From the NCBI RefSeq assembly GCF_009914755.1, contig NC_060926.1: 64,000 bases of DNA; one strand, written 5' to 3'. Below are positions 13,949 through 29,619 of this stretch, one piece after another. Numbering within the stretch: the stretch's first letter is position 1; every line of letters starts with the position of its first letter. Source of the DNA: the human T2T-CHM13v2.0 reference genome, Homo sapiens. The notes under the pieces were generated by a model. It saw only the letters and a program-made list of their open reading frames with translations, did not search any database and was not told where the DNA came from. The translations under genes and the position numbers were made by a program.

Positions 13949-14575
13949 TTAAGTGGCATCATTCGTCTGGGGTAATACCCAAGTTTCCTTATTGCACACC
14001 AAGGAAATCAAGGATGTGGACACACAAGGAGTGAGGTTAAGAGTGGAGGTTTAACAAGCAAAAGAAAGAGAAAAGCTCTCTCCTGTTGAGAGAGGAGTCC
14101 CAATCGGGTCTTCCAGTCAACGGTGAAGTGCAAGAGGTTTTATAGTTGAGCTTGCGGAGGTGGTGTTTTATTTACATAGGGCACGAAAGATTGATTGGAC
14201 CAGGTGTGTCATTTGCACAGCACGTGAAAATCTGGCCACCCCGACTGTAATCTTTTATTATGCAGATAGGTTCTCTACTGGCCGGTGCCATGTTGCCTGT
14301 TCCTTTACTGTACATGTGGTGACAAAGAAAAGGGAAGATGGGACTCCATGTTGAACATACCTTGCTTCTAGGTAGCCCTTTTCTATTGGCACAGCTGCTG
14401 GCATTCACCTGTGCAAGCTTCTAACTTGCTTATCTATGTCTGCAGCTCAATTTTCCAGGCTGCTCTTTGTTAGAGAAGAAATTTGGGGGCTGCTTTTTGT
14501 TAAAAGAGAAATTTCGCTGAGGACTCTGTTACCCTTACTATCTGTCTAAATAATTTCTTTCTATTTCCTCTATCA
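13949..14575 (-). mobile_element. LTR9 solo LTR (ERV1, HUERS-P3)
   Basis: Minus strand starts 'tgatagaggaaatagaaagaaattatttagacagatagtaagggtaac', matching recalled LTR9. 4-bp TSD ctat (13945-13948 / 14576-14579). Host ORF2 resumes across it. Confidence 0.85.
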
Positions 14576-17298
14576 CTATGAAGTCTGTATTACCCTGACA
14601 CCAAAACCAAAGATACATCACTAAAGAAAACTACAAGCTAATATCTATGATAAATATTGATGCAGAAATCCTCAACAAATACTAGCAAACTGAATTCAAT
14701 AAACATTAAAAAGATCACTAATTATGATCAAATTAGATTTATCCCAGGAATACAAGAAAGGTTCAACAAACACCAATCAATTTATTTGATACATCATAAA
14801 AACCAAATGAAGAACAAAAACCATATGATCATCTGAATTGATGCTGAAAAAGTATTTGATAAAATTCAACATCCATTCTTGATAAAAAAAAATCTTCAAG
14901 AAACTGGTTATAGATCGGATATACCTCAACATAATGAAAGCCATATATGGCAGGCCTATTGCTAGTATCACACTGAATGGAGAAAAACTGAAAGCCTCTT
15001 CTCTAAGATCCAGAACATGACAAGGCTGCCCACTTTTACCACTGTTATTCAACATAGTACTGGAAGTCCTAGCCAGAGCAGTCAGATGAAAGAAACAAAA
15101 TACATGCAAATTGGAAAGGGAGAAGTCAATTTATCCTTGTTTACAGATAATATTATCTTACATTGGAAAAAAAATAAAATACTGAACCAAAAATCTATTT
15201 GAACTGATAAACAAAGTCAGTAAAGTTGCAGGATACAAGTTCAACATACAAAAATCAATAGCCTTTCTATATGCCAAGAGTGAACAATCTGAAAAAGAAA
15301 TTTTAAAAAGTAATTCCATTTACAATAGCCACAAATAAAATTAAATACCTAGGAATTAACCAAACAAGTGAAAAAAAATCTCTATAATAAAAACCATAAA
15401 ACACTGATAAAAAATTAAATATGACACAAATATTGAAAAGATATTATAGATTCATTGATTAGATGAATCAACATCGTTAAAATGTCCATATTACACAAAG
15501 AAATCTACAGATGCAATTGTGATCTCTATCAAAATGCCAATGGCATTCTTCACAGAAATAGAAAAATAATCATAAAATTCATAGGGAACCACAAAAGACT
15601 CATGGCCAAACTGAAGGAACCATATTATCTGACTTCAAATTACACTACAGAGCTATAGTAACCAAAACATCATAGTACTGGCATAAAAACACACACATAG
15701 ATCAATGGAACAGAATAGAGAACCCAGAAACAAATCCATAAACTCACAGTGAACTCATTTTTGACAAATATGCCAAGAGCATACATTGGAGACAGGACAG
15801 TCTCTAATAAATGGTGCTCAGATAAATGAATATGTATATGCAGAGGAATAAATCTTGATTCCTATTACTTGCCATATAAAACAATAAAATCAAAATGGAT
15901 TAAGGACTTAAACCGAAGACCTTGAACTATGAAACTACTACAAGGATACATTGGAGAAACTCTCCAGGATATTGGTCTGGACACAAATTCCTTGACTAAT
16001 ATTCACACGATCACAGGTGACCAAAGCAAAAGTGGAAAAATGGTATCTCATCAAGTTAAAAGGCTTCTGTTCAGTGAAGGAAGCAATCAACAAAGTGAAG
16101 AGACAACCCATAGGATGGGAGACAATATTTACAAACTACCCATCTGACAAGGGATTAATAACCAGGATGCGTAAGCAGCTCAAACAACTCCACAGGTATA
16201 TATATATTTAAAAGTCTAATGATCTGATTTAAAAATGGGCAAAAGATTTGAATAGATGTTTCTCAAAAGAAGACATATAAATGGCAGACATATGAAAAGG
16301 TACTCAACATCATTGATTGTCAGATGAATGCCAATCAAACTACAATGAGGTATCATCCCACCCCAGTTAAAATGGTTTTTATACAAAAGACAGGTAATAC
16401 CAAATGCTGGAGAAGATGTGAATAAAAAGGAACTATTGTACACTGTTGGTGAGAATGTGAACTAGTACAACCACTATGAAGAACAGTTTGGATGTTCATC
16501 AAAAAAACTAAAAATAGAGCTGCCATATGATCCAGGAATCCCACTGCTGAGTATATAGCCCAAAGAAGGGAAATTAATACATCATAAAATAGTAAACACT
16601 TCGATGTTTGTTGCAGCACTGTTTGCAGTAGCCAAGATTTGGAAGCAACCTAAGTGTCAATCAACACATGAATAGATAAAGCAAAGAACACATGAATAGA
16701 TAAATAGATACACACACTGGAGTACTATCCAACCATAAAAAGAATGAAATCCTGTCATTTGCAACAACATGGATGGAAGCAGAAATCATTATGTTATGTG
16801 AAATAAGCCAGACACAGAGAGACAATTATTGCCTGTTCTCACTTATTTGTAGAATGCAAAAATCAACATAATTGAACACGTAGAGACAGAGAGTAGAAAT
16901 ATGGTCATCAGAGACTAGGAAGGATAGTGGAGGTTGGGAGAGGTGGTGATGGCTAATGGATACAAAACAGTAGTTAGAAAGTATGATAATACCTAGGATT
17001 TGAAAGCACTGCAAGGTAACTACAGTGCTTTCAAAAATTACACTGTAATTTTCACTACAGTGAAAATTATTTAACCTTGCATTTTAAAATATCTAAAAGG
17101 ATATAATTGGATTGTATGTAATATAAAGGATAAATGCTTGAGGGGATGGATACCTCATTTTCCATTATGTGGTTATTACATAGTGCATGCCTGTATCAAA
17201 ATATGTCATGTACCCCATATATAATATTTATTATTTATATATATTTATTTATATAAATATATATATATTTGCTATGTATCCACAAAAATTAAAAAAAA

Positions 17299-17850
17299 CA
17301 CAGTAAACAAAAGGAAGTAGACTTCCAAGAGAAAGTCTCAAAACTACACATTGCATTGAAACCCAACAACTTGCTCATAAATGATGTTTTTTTAAAGAAT
17401 GAAATTACAGTTTAAAGAATGAAATTACGGCAGAAATTTAAAAAAATTGAAATGAATAAACATAGAGACACCACATATCACAACTTCAGTGATACAGCAA
17501 AAGCAGTGCTAAGACGGAAGCTTATCACATCAAATGTCCACATCAAAAGAACAGAAGGATATCAAATTAACCACCTAGCATCACAGCTGAAGGAACTAGA
17601 ATAACAAGAGAAAAGAAAATCCAAAGCTAATGGAAGAAAAGAAATAACTGTCAAGAAAAGATCAGAGCAGAAGTAAATGAGATTGAGACCAAAATCTATA
17701 TAAAGGATCAATAAAACCAAGTTTTTTATTTGAAAGAATAAGCAAAATTGTTAGGCTGCTAGTTTGATTAACCAATAAAAAAAGATAGAAGATTTAAATA
17801 AGCACAATCAGAAATGATAAAAGTGACATTACAACTGATACCACATAAAT
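17299..17850 (+). mobile_element. Internal L1 ORF2 fragment (older L1PA/L1PB)
   Basis: ORF 17419-17604 (DTTYHNFSDTAKAVLRRK...LASQLKELE) is the post-endonuclease ORF2 linker. 20-bp-period tandem duplication at 17391-17428. Confidence 0.8.
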
Positions 17851-18480
17851 TAATTTGATATTGGTCCTTTAATTGTTGAGATTTGAAAATTCTTTGTATA
17901 TTCTAGACACAAGTTCTTTCTCAGAAATGTGATTAACATTATATTTACTTCAAATTCGTGGCTTGCTTATATTTTTATTCTGTTAACACTCTTCCACGGA
18001 ACAAATGTTTTAATTTTGATGGTATAATTTATTTTTCTATAACAGGTCATACTTATGATACCCTATGTATAAACTGCCTAATCTAAGATCACAAAGATTT
18101 TATCCTATGTTTTCTTCCATATAATTTATAATTTTATGTTTTACTTTCAGGTCTGTGGTTCATGTGGGGCTAACTTTTTGTATAAAGGGTAATGCCTGGA
18201 TAGAAATGAACTTTTGGTTCATGGTTGTCCAATTCTTCCACATACTTTGTTGACAGGAGAAGCCAGTTTCCATTGAATTAATTAGGACATTTCCTCAAAA
18301 TTCGGTGAAATAATATTTCTGTGAGTCTACTTTTGGAATTTTTATCATGTTCCATTGATTTATCTGTCTATTCTTTTGCCAAGAACACATAGTCTTGATT
18401 ACTTTTTCTTTCTTGCCTCATTGCACTGGCTAGGAATTCCAACGTAATAGTGGATAGGTGTGATGAGAGAGCCTTCTTTC
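17851..18480 (-). mobile_element. Ancient L1M ORF2 3' part, likely continuation of 9400-10375
   Basis: 'ttctttgtatattctagacacaagttctttc' and 'ttgcactggctaggaattccaac' are antisense L1 ORF2 motifs. Confidence 0.7.
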
Positions 18481-19097
18481 TGAACATAGCAGTGCAACAT
18501 TTAGTCTTTCATTATTTATTACTGCCACTCTTGTACATCTTGGAATTCTTGTACAGTTCCAAAAATATTTCTGGTGGGAATATTCTGCAATATGAGAATT
18601 TCATTGTTTGTACCATATGCCACTGTAATTTGTGGTACTGTTTTACTGGACTTGGTGTACTTTTTGAGAGCAGGGAAAAAGCCCAAATTGTAATATGGAA
18701 AGCACATCATTAGGCCATGTAAGTGTTTGTTGAAATGGAATCAATAATCATGTTATTATTATTGTCACATTAAGTTTTAATAATTTGGAGTTATTTTAGA
18801 AGATAAGAATTAAACAATATTAAGGTGATGCATAAGATTATTTTATCAACTAAAATACAACTTAATACATGTATCATTCTTTTTTTATTAGTATTATACT
18901 TTAAGTTTTAGGGTGCATGTGCACAATGTGCAGGTTAGTTACATATGTATACATGTGCCATGCTGGTGCGCTGCAACCACTAACTCGTCATCTAGCATTA
19001 GGTATATCTCCCAATGTTATCCCTCCCCCCTCCCCCCACCCCACAGCAGTCCCCAGAGTGTGATGTTCCCCTTCCTGTGTCCATGTGTTCTCATTGT

Positions 19098-22933
<3,836 letters not shown>

Positions 22934-22981
22934 TTATTTTGCTCATTAGTTGATGCAGTTTCTTCCTAGTCTCGATGGTCT

Positions 22982-23997
22982 TTACATTTTGGCATGATTT
23001 TGCAGCGGCTGGTACCGGTTGTTCCTTTCCATGTTTAGCACTTCCTTCAGGAGCTCTTTTAGGGCAGGCCTGGTGGTAACAAAATCTCTCAGCATTTGCT
23101 TGTCTGTAAAGTATTTTATTTCTCCTTCACTTATGAAGCTTAGTTTGGCTGGATATGAAATTCTGTGTTGAAAATTCTTTTCTTTAAGAATGTTGAATAT
23201 TGGCCCCCACTCTCTTCTGGCTTGTAGAGTTTCTGCGAGAGATCTGCTGTTAGTCTGATGGGCTTCCCTTTGAGGGTAACCCGACCTTTCTCTCTGGCTG
23301 CCCTTAACATTTTTTCCTTCATTTCAACTTTGGTGAATCTGACAATTGTGTGTCTTGGAGTTGCTCTTCTCGAGGAGTATCTTTGTGGCATTCTCTGTAT
23401 TTCCTGCATCTGAATGTTGGCCTGCCTTGCTAGATTGGGGAAGTTCTCCTGGATAATATCCTGCAGAGTGTTTTCCAACTTGGTTCCATTCTCCCTGTCA
23501 GTTTCAGGTACACCAATCAGACATAGATTTGGTCTTTTCACATAGTCCCATATTTCTTGGAGGCTTTGCTCGTTTCTTTTTATTCTTTTTTCTCTAAACT
23601 TCCCTTCTCGCTTCATTTCATTCATTTCATCCTCCATTGCTGATACCCTTTCTTCCAGTTGATCGCATCGGCTCCTGAGGCTTCTGCATTCTTCACGTAG
23701 TTCTCGAGCCTTGGTTTTCAGCTCCATCAGCTCCTTTAAGCACTTCTCTATATTGGTTATTCTAGTTATATATTCTTCTAAATTTTTTTCAAAGTTTTCA
23801 ACTTCTTTGCCTTTGGTTTGAATGTCCTCCCATAGCTCGGAGTAATTTGATCGTCTGAAGCCTTCTTCTCTCAGCTCGTCAAAGTCATTCTCCGTCCAGC
23901 TTTGTTCCGTTGCTGGTGAGGAACTGCGTTCCTTTGGAGGAGGAGAGGCACTCTGCTTTTTAGAGTTTCCAGTTTTTCTGCTCTGTTTTTTCCCCAT
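22982..23997 (-). pseudogene. L1 ORF1p, 1-nt deletion frameshift near 23236
   Basis: MGKKQSRKTGNSKKQSASPPPKERSSS... The translation leaves frame after LTADLS. ATG to native stop spans 1016 nt versus 1017 for an intact ORF1. Confidence 0.93.
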
Positions 23998-24357
23998 CTT
24001 TGTGGTTTTATCTACTTTTGGTCTTTGATGATGCTGATGTACAGATGGGTTTTTGGTGAGGATGTCCTTTCTGTTTGTTAGTTTTCCTTCTAACAGACAG
24101 GACCCTCAGCTGCAGGTCTGTTGGAGTACCCGGCTGTGTGAGGTGTCAGTCTGCCCCTGCTGGGGGGTGCCTCCCAGTTAGGCTGCTCAGGGGTCAGGGG
24201 TCAGGGACCCACTTGAGGAGGCAGTCTGCCCATTCTCAGATCTCCAGCTGCGTGCTGGGAGAACCACTGCTCTCTTCAAAGCTCAGATGGAAATGCAGAA
24301 ATCACCCGTCTTCTGCGTTGCTCATGCTGGGAGCTGTAGACCGGAGCTCTTCCTATT

Positions 24358-24368
24358 CAGCCATCTTG
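24358..24368 (-). promoter_or_regulatory. YY1 site of the L1 internal promoter
   Basis: CAAGATGGCTG at the start of the 5'UTR on the minus strand. The YY1 site at +13 to +21 is established for human L1. Confidence 0.7.
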
Positions 24369-25999
24369 GCTTCTCCCCAATACATGTATCATTCTGATTG
24401 CTTTCAATTAAAAAAAGGCTGAATGAAAAGTCTATTTTTCAAATATTGCTCATGAATTTTTTCTATAATTAATTCACTCTTTATTACACATCCTGGATAG
24501 TTTAATGTAATAAAGAAAATATACCTTTCTTGAAGAACAAGCATATTTACAGTGCTTTGGGTTGCTATTGTGAATGTAAACAATCATTTTATGTCACTGT
24601 AACTTTAGCTGTTGAAGGATAACAGTGATGTCTTTAGTATGAGGTGGAGAACAATGCATTTTTTAGAACAATTATTAGGCCCACAGAATCTCACCTTTAA
24701 CATGAAGTATTTACACAGACTACCTTCTAATCAGTGGACTATAAACAGTACACAAGACTTCAGAAATGTTTTCAGACTGAGTATATGGTTTTACCTGTTT
24801 ACAACCTAAATGAATAACCTCTTGATAGCATTCTTCTCCATTGCAGAAACCTCTACCACACAAATTTTCTGGCTTTCCCTTAAGGTTGAGATAGTTAGAT
24901 TATGCATTGGTTAGTCCTGTCTGTTTACTTCATTTGTATATGCTTTTTCTCAGAACAATATTATTCACCTAATATGAGCTCAGTCTATGCTATAAGGTCT
25001 GAACACTTCAGCCTCAGCCAGCTGTCTTTTCCTGGGGTGCTCCTTCTGGGGTTGCCTCTCATACAGTCATAAGACTTAAAAACTGCAGATTTCCTCTTAA
25101 TATGTTACATATTTCACCCAATGCCTTGTATGAAGTAATTTGCTTAACATATTTTAGTTTTAATTATAAACTTCTTCAATAAAATAAAATTTCCGTCTGA
25201 GCAATATCGACAAAGAGAAAGCATACTATTTTTCAGATTATGTATTTAGTTTATACTTCTAGTGTTCAGCAATTCACTACTTTCCTTTATACTTTAGTTT
25301 ACTTACTCATGAAGTAGAAGTTTGAGTAAGACTATTTTAAGGGTGGTGTTAATCAAAACTGAGGATGTGTTCATGACTCTTCACATAGATAGATATGTGG
25401 AGTTAAAACTCCCATGATTAATATTTCCCTTTAGAAATTTTCATTGAGTAGCTATTACTACAACTGTCTGACATGTTGAATTTGCATATTTATGGTTCCA
25501 ACATTTGCTTACCAACAAACTTAATTATTATAATGTATTGAAGAGCCAAAGCAACAGAAACTCATGCAACACAAAACATGGATTAAGGTATACCCAAAGG
25601 ACATTACAGATAACTAAACTCTGAAAGAATTATTCAAAATAGATTTAATATATTTAATATGCATTGGTTTTAGTAATATCATAAACAATGTACAATCTAT
25701 AAGAGAAAAGATATTACTTTGAGCAGCATGTTATTCTCAAAGGCAGATTGATATATACTAAGAAGAAAACATTGTTATGTGTCTCTATTTGAAGTGTCAC
25801 AATAAATATTTGAAGAAATGTAGTACTGTACTCATTTTTTTTTTCTGAAACCTATGAATGCGCTCATATATCAAGGAAATGCAATCTGTTAAAGAATGTC
25901 ATTAGGACAAACATACAGAAAATGGAATCACACAGTAAATCTGAAATTGCTTATTTTAACAATATTGCAAATATTTAATCTAATTAATATGTAGGCTAA

Positions 26000-26398
26000 A
26001 ATGTCCAACAATGATAGACTGGATTAAGAAAATGTGGCACACATACACCATGGAATACTATGCAGCCATAAAAAATGATGAGTTCATGTCCTTTGCAGGG
26101 ACATGCATGAAGCTAGAAACCATCATTCTCAGCAAACTATCGCAAGGACAAAAAACCAAACACCGCATGTTCTCACTCATAGATAGGAATTGAACAATGA
26201 GAACACGTGGACACAGGAAGGGGAACATCACATACCGGGGCCTGTTGTAGGGTGGGGGGAGGGGGGAGGGATAGCATTAGGAGATATACCTAATGTTAAA
26301 TGACGAGTTAATGGGTGCAGCACACCAACATGGCACATGAATACATACGTAACAGACATGCACATTGTGCACATGTACCCCAAAACTTAAAGTATAAT

Positions 26399-26414
<16 letters not shown>
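26000..26414 (+). mobile_element. 5'-truncated L1PA4-like 3' end
   Basis: ORF2 C-terminus [10 protein letters not shown]..., G-rich 3'UTR, aataaa, poly(A). TSD core gtaggctaa (25991-25999 / 26460-26468). Confidence 0.93.

Positions 26415-26457
<43 letters not shown>
26414..26457. repeat. (AT)n microsatellite
   Basis: About 22 perfect AT units between the poly(A) tail and the 3' TSD. Confidence 0.97.
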
Positions 26458-26461
<4 letters not shown>

Positions 26462-27378
26462 AGGCTAATCAGCTGAAGCACTGACTAGAACAACAATCCA
26501 GTGGGTCTCTATTATATTATCGCTATTCACCTACAGAAAGTGTGTGTCAATTGTTAGCTTGTGTAGCCATTTAATTAGAATTTCCTCAAATATTTGTTTG
26601 GAATGTATTGAGGAGATTTTCTAATTTAATTTAATGTTATAGTTAATACTGAATATTAGCAATATATCTTATAATGAAATAATTTTTTGTTTACCAGAAT
26701 TACTATTTTTAATGGATAACTGTTTCCAATTCAATGCATTTTACCTTTTATTTGTATTCTAAAGTCTTTTGATTCCTTTTGGTCTCTGTTTTCATGAGTA
26801 TTTGGGTGTCCACTTACTATCTAGTGTGCTTATGCCAGTTTTCCATTTTAGGATTTAAAGGCAGAATTAAGCTGGACTAATAGAAATGATGGAGGAGTTC
26901 ATCTTTTCAATTATTGAAAAATTAATGGAGCACAATTATTATCTGCATTATTTGTCTACTTTAAGATATATCTGACACCTGACTTCATCTTAGTTCTGAA
27001 GTTTCTTCCAGTCCTGTTTAAAATTGTTTACTTTATTTGTTTCTCTGTTCACCCGGACCATGAGTTCTTGCCTACCAAATCAGTAGAATTTGAGGTGGTG
27101 ATAGTTACAGAAGAAAATACACTTAAATGTACAAAGGGAATATGAAGACATAACTTTCCTTATTAGCTCATAACCATGCAAATTAACCTGAAATAAATGA
27201 GTCTATTTTTATTAACAACCCCAATCGAAATATTATCAAGCCAAATCCTTTTCTAAAGTTCAATGTTAGTTACACTTAAAAATCAACTCCCGGTTTTAAC
27301 AACAACAATAACAAAATATTTTATTTACATAGACTGTTGCCTTTTTAACTCATGGGCCAAACATTACTTATTACAACT

Positions 27379-27490
27379 TGCTATGGTTTGAATGTGTCCC
27401 CCAAAAAGTATGTGTGGGAAGCATGATCCCCAATCCAACAGTGTTTGTAGCTGGGGCCTAATGGTAGATGTTTAGGTTATGAGAGCTTTT
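27379..27490 (+). mobile_element. MST-type MaLR LTR 5' fragment
   Basis: 'tgctatggtttgaatgtgtccccc...tttaggttatgagagc'. Confidence 0.75.
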
Positions 27491-27506
27491 CCAATCAGGT
27501 TTCAGC

Positions 27507-27897
27507 TGTGTTTAGTTTGCTAGAGCTATTACAAAAAGTCCCACAAACTGGGTATTGCAAAAAAAAAAAAAGAGCATTGTATCATGTTCAGATAGATACC
27601 TGCACATATATATATATGTGTGTGTGTAGACATGTATGTGTGTGTATGTATATATATGAATGTACATATCTATCTGTCATGTTCATATGGTGCGCATTCT
27701 GTATGTGTGTCTGTTTCCAAATTTCCCCTTATTATAGAGATAAGTCATATTTGATTAGAGCCTGATTTAATGAACTTATTTTAACTTATCTCTGTAAAGA
27801 CATTATTCTAAAATAAGATGACAATCTGAGATCTGAGATACTGGGGGTTAGGATAGCACCATAAGAGATTTGGGGGGACACAATTTAACCTATAATA
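27507..27897 (-). mobile_element. MLT1-type MaLR LTR with an internal RY simple repeat
   Basis: 'tgtgtttagtttgctagagctatt...cacaaactggg' at the left end and 'tactgggggttagga...ggggacacaatttaacctataa' at the right end. Confidence 0.75.
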
Positions 27898-27930
27898 ATC
27901 AATCTTTTAAAGACTTACTCTATTTTATCT

Positions 27931-27984
27931 TTATTTTTATTTTAATATGTAATCCTTTTATTTTTATTTTAATGTGTAATCCTT
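27931..27984. repeat. 27-bp tandem duplication (1 mismatch)
   Basis: ttatttttattttaat(a/g)tgtaatcctt x2. Confidence 0.9.
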
Positions 27985-28774
27985 GAGTAACAACTGAAAT
28001 TTATTTGGTTTATTAAACCCCTTCAATCTTGTTTAACTATGGACTTCAAGTTTTATCTACTTCATTACTGAGATGATCAGATCAGCTTAGCTCTTAGTCA
28101 TTTGACAGCCCTTTTCCTCTTGACTTCTCTGCCAACTGGCATAAATTGATAAGAATCAGCAAATGTGCCTCAAGGAGAAAATTGCCAAAAATATTGGTTT
28201 ACTTCTCTATGATTATCTTCGGGAACTTTTGGCCCCTTATATTCTAGATGCCTTAGTATTATTGAATTACCATTTTGTCTTAACAGCCATGTGACACAGT
28301 TGACAGCACTTTTCGTATTCTCTGACTTGTACCAATCACTTTGTCAACATCTCCAACTCATCCAAGATGCTTATAAACTGGCAAATCTTGGAGTAAAGAA
28401 AGTAGAAGGATCTATTGGCTCATCGCAATGACTTCCTTTTCTTCAGGTGTGTGACCTCTCATATTAGGGCTGCCTTGAGAGGTTGAACTGATTTTTTTTT
28501 TCATTTTATCCAATGTTTCTCATTGTCTCAGAGAGGAGTAGGCTGAACCAAGCCATTCAATAGGCAAAAGCAGAAATTGACCTTTCATTTTTAGTTTTCC
28601 TTTACTTCCTGTATAAAATGACATCCATTCCTCACTGAACTTATTCCAAATTATTTTATTTATTTCTGTTTACGCCTTAAAAGTCAATTTTCTATTTTAA
28701 GCCATAAATTAGCTCTGTTAGAAGTAGTATATTGCCACAATTAAGATAATAGTTTTTTAGAGCCAGAGAGTCTC

Positions 28775-28940
28775 TGTCTTTGTGAACTTTGAGTTATTTA
28801 AACTATCTATGCTTTCAGATATTTTGTCAATCTTGTCAACTAGAGGTAATAACTGCATCAACCACCTGTCTTGTCATGAATATTAAATAATTTAACATAT
28901 GCAAATTTGTGTGGCACTTTGTAAGTGTTAAATATATTTT
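28775..28940 (+). mobile_element. MIR fragment
   Basis: Degenerate core 'gtgaactttgagttatttaaact...aatattaaataatttaacatatgcaaa...ggcactttgtaagtg'. Confidence 0.5.
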
Positions 28941-29619
28941 AGATACTATGTTTATATTTCATGAACTTTTACATTCATTCTAACAAATAATAGTTCACAT
29001 GGGATATGATTAACATTATATTTCTCAATTGTACACTCTGAATAACAATTTTGAAATATGAAAACTTCTGGCAGAACTGTATTATAAAGACTATGGTCAG
29101 TCATTTTTATTATATTTTATGCTTAAAAAAAGAAGCATATTGTCCTAGTACCTTCAGGAGTCTGCACAAAAGAGAGTATTATCTCTTTTCTTTCTAGCTA
29201 TTATTATTACTGTAGTACCTATCATTCTTTGCAAATATTGAAAGGGAAAATAGTTTATATCTTTGTAATGTAAGTCTCTTGAAGGATGCACAACTTTCCT
29301 ATACCGCAATCAAATTAGCTATGATCTTTGAAATTAGCTTAGTTCTATAAAATTGCAGTAATCATTAAAGACAACATAGAAAACATAAACTTGCTTAAAG
29401 ATTATACTCATAAAATCTATAGAAAATGTTTTCTTTCTTTTCCTCTTTCTTTCTCTCTACTGCTCCTCTAAGATGATGAAGGTTGTGATTATGGAAGTTT
29501 TTCTTTTAACAAGATACCTTTTTTCTTTCTATGGCCAATAAATATATATCTAATATATAATTTTATATATGGTGATATGTGATATAGATACATAAAATAG
29601 ATATATATCTGTGTTTAGT

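Larger units (their letters stand above)
11129..17298 (+). mobile_element. LINE-1 L1MA1-3-type (inter-ORF, ORF2, 3'UTR), interrupted by two LTRs
   Basis: ORF2 start ATGGCAGGAGTAAG at 11340. ORF2 fragments in the track (13166, 13684, 16017). 3' end 'aaggataaatgcttgaggggatggatacc...tatgtatccacaaaaattaaaa'. Confidence 0.9.

Noticed and set aside
26249-26270. G-quadruplex motif (complements at ~19021 and ~51802)
   Set aside because: This is the standard L1PA 3'UTR G-tract found in very many copies.
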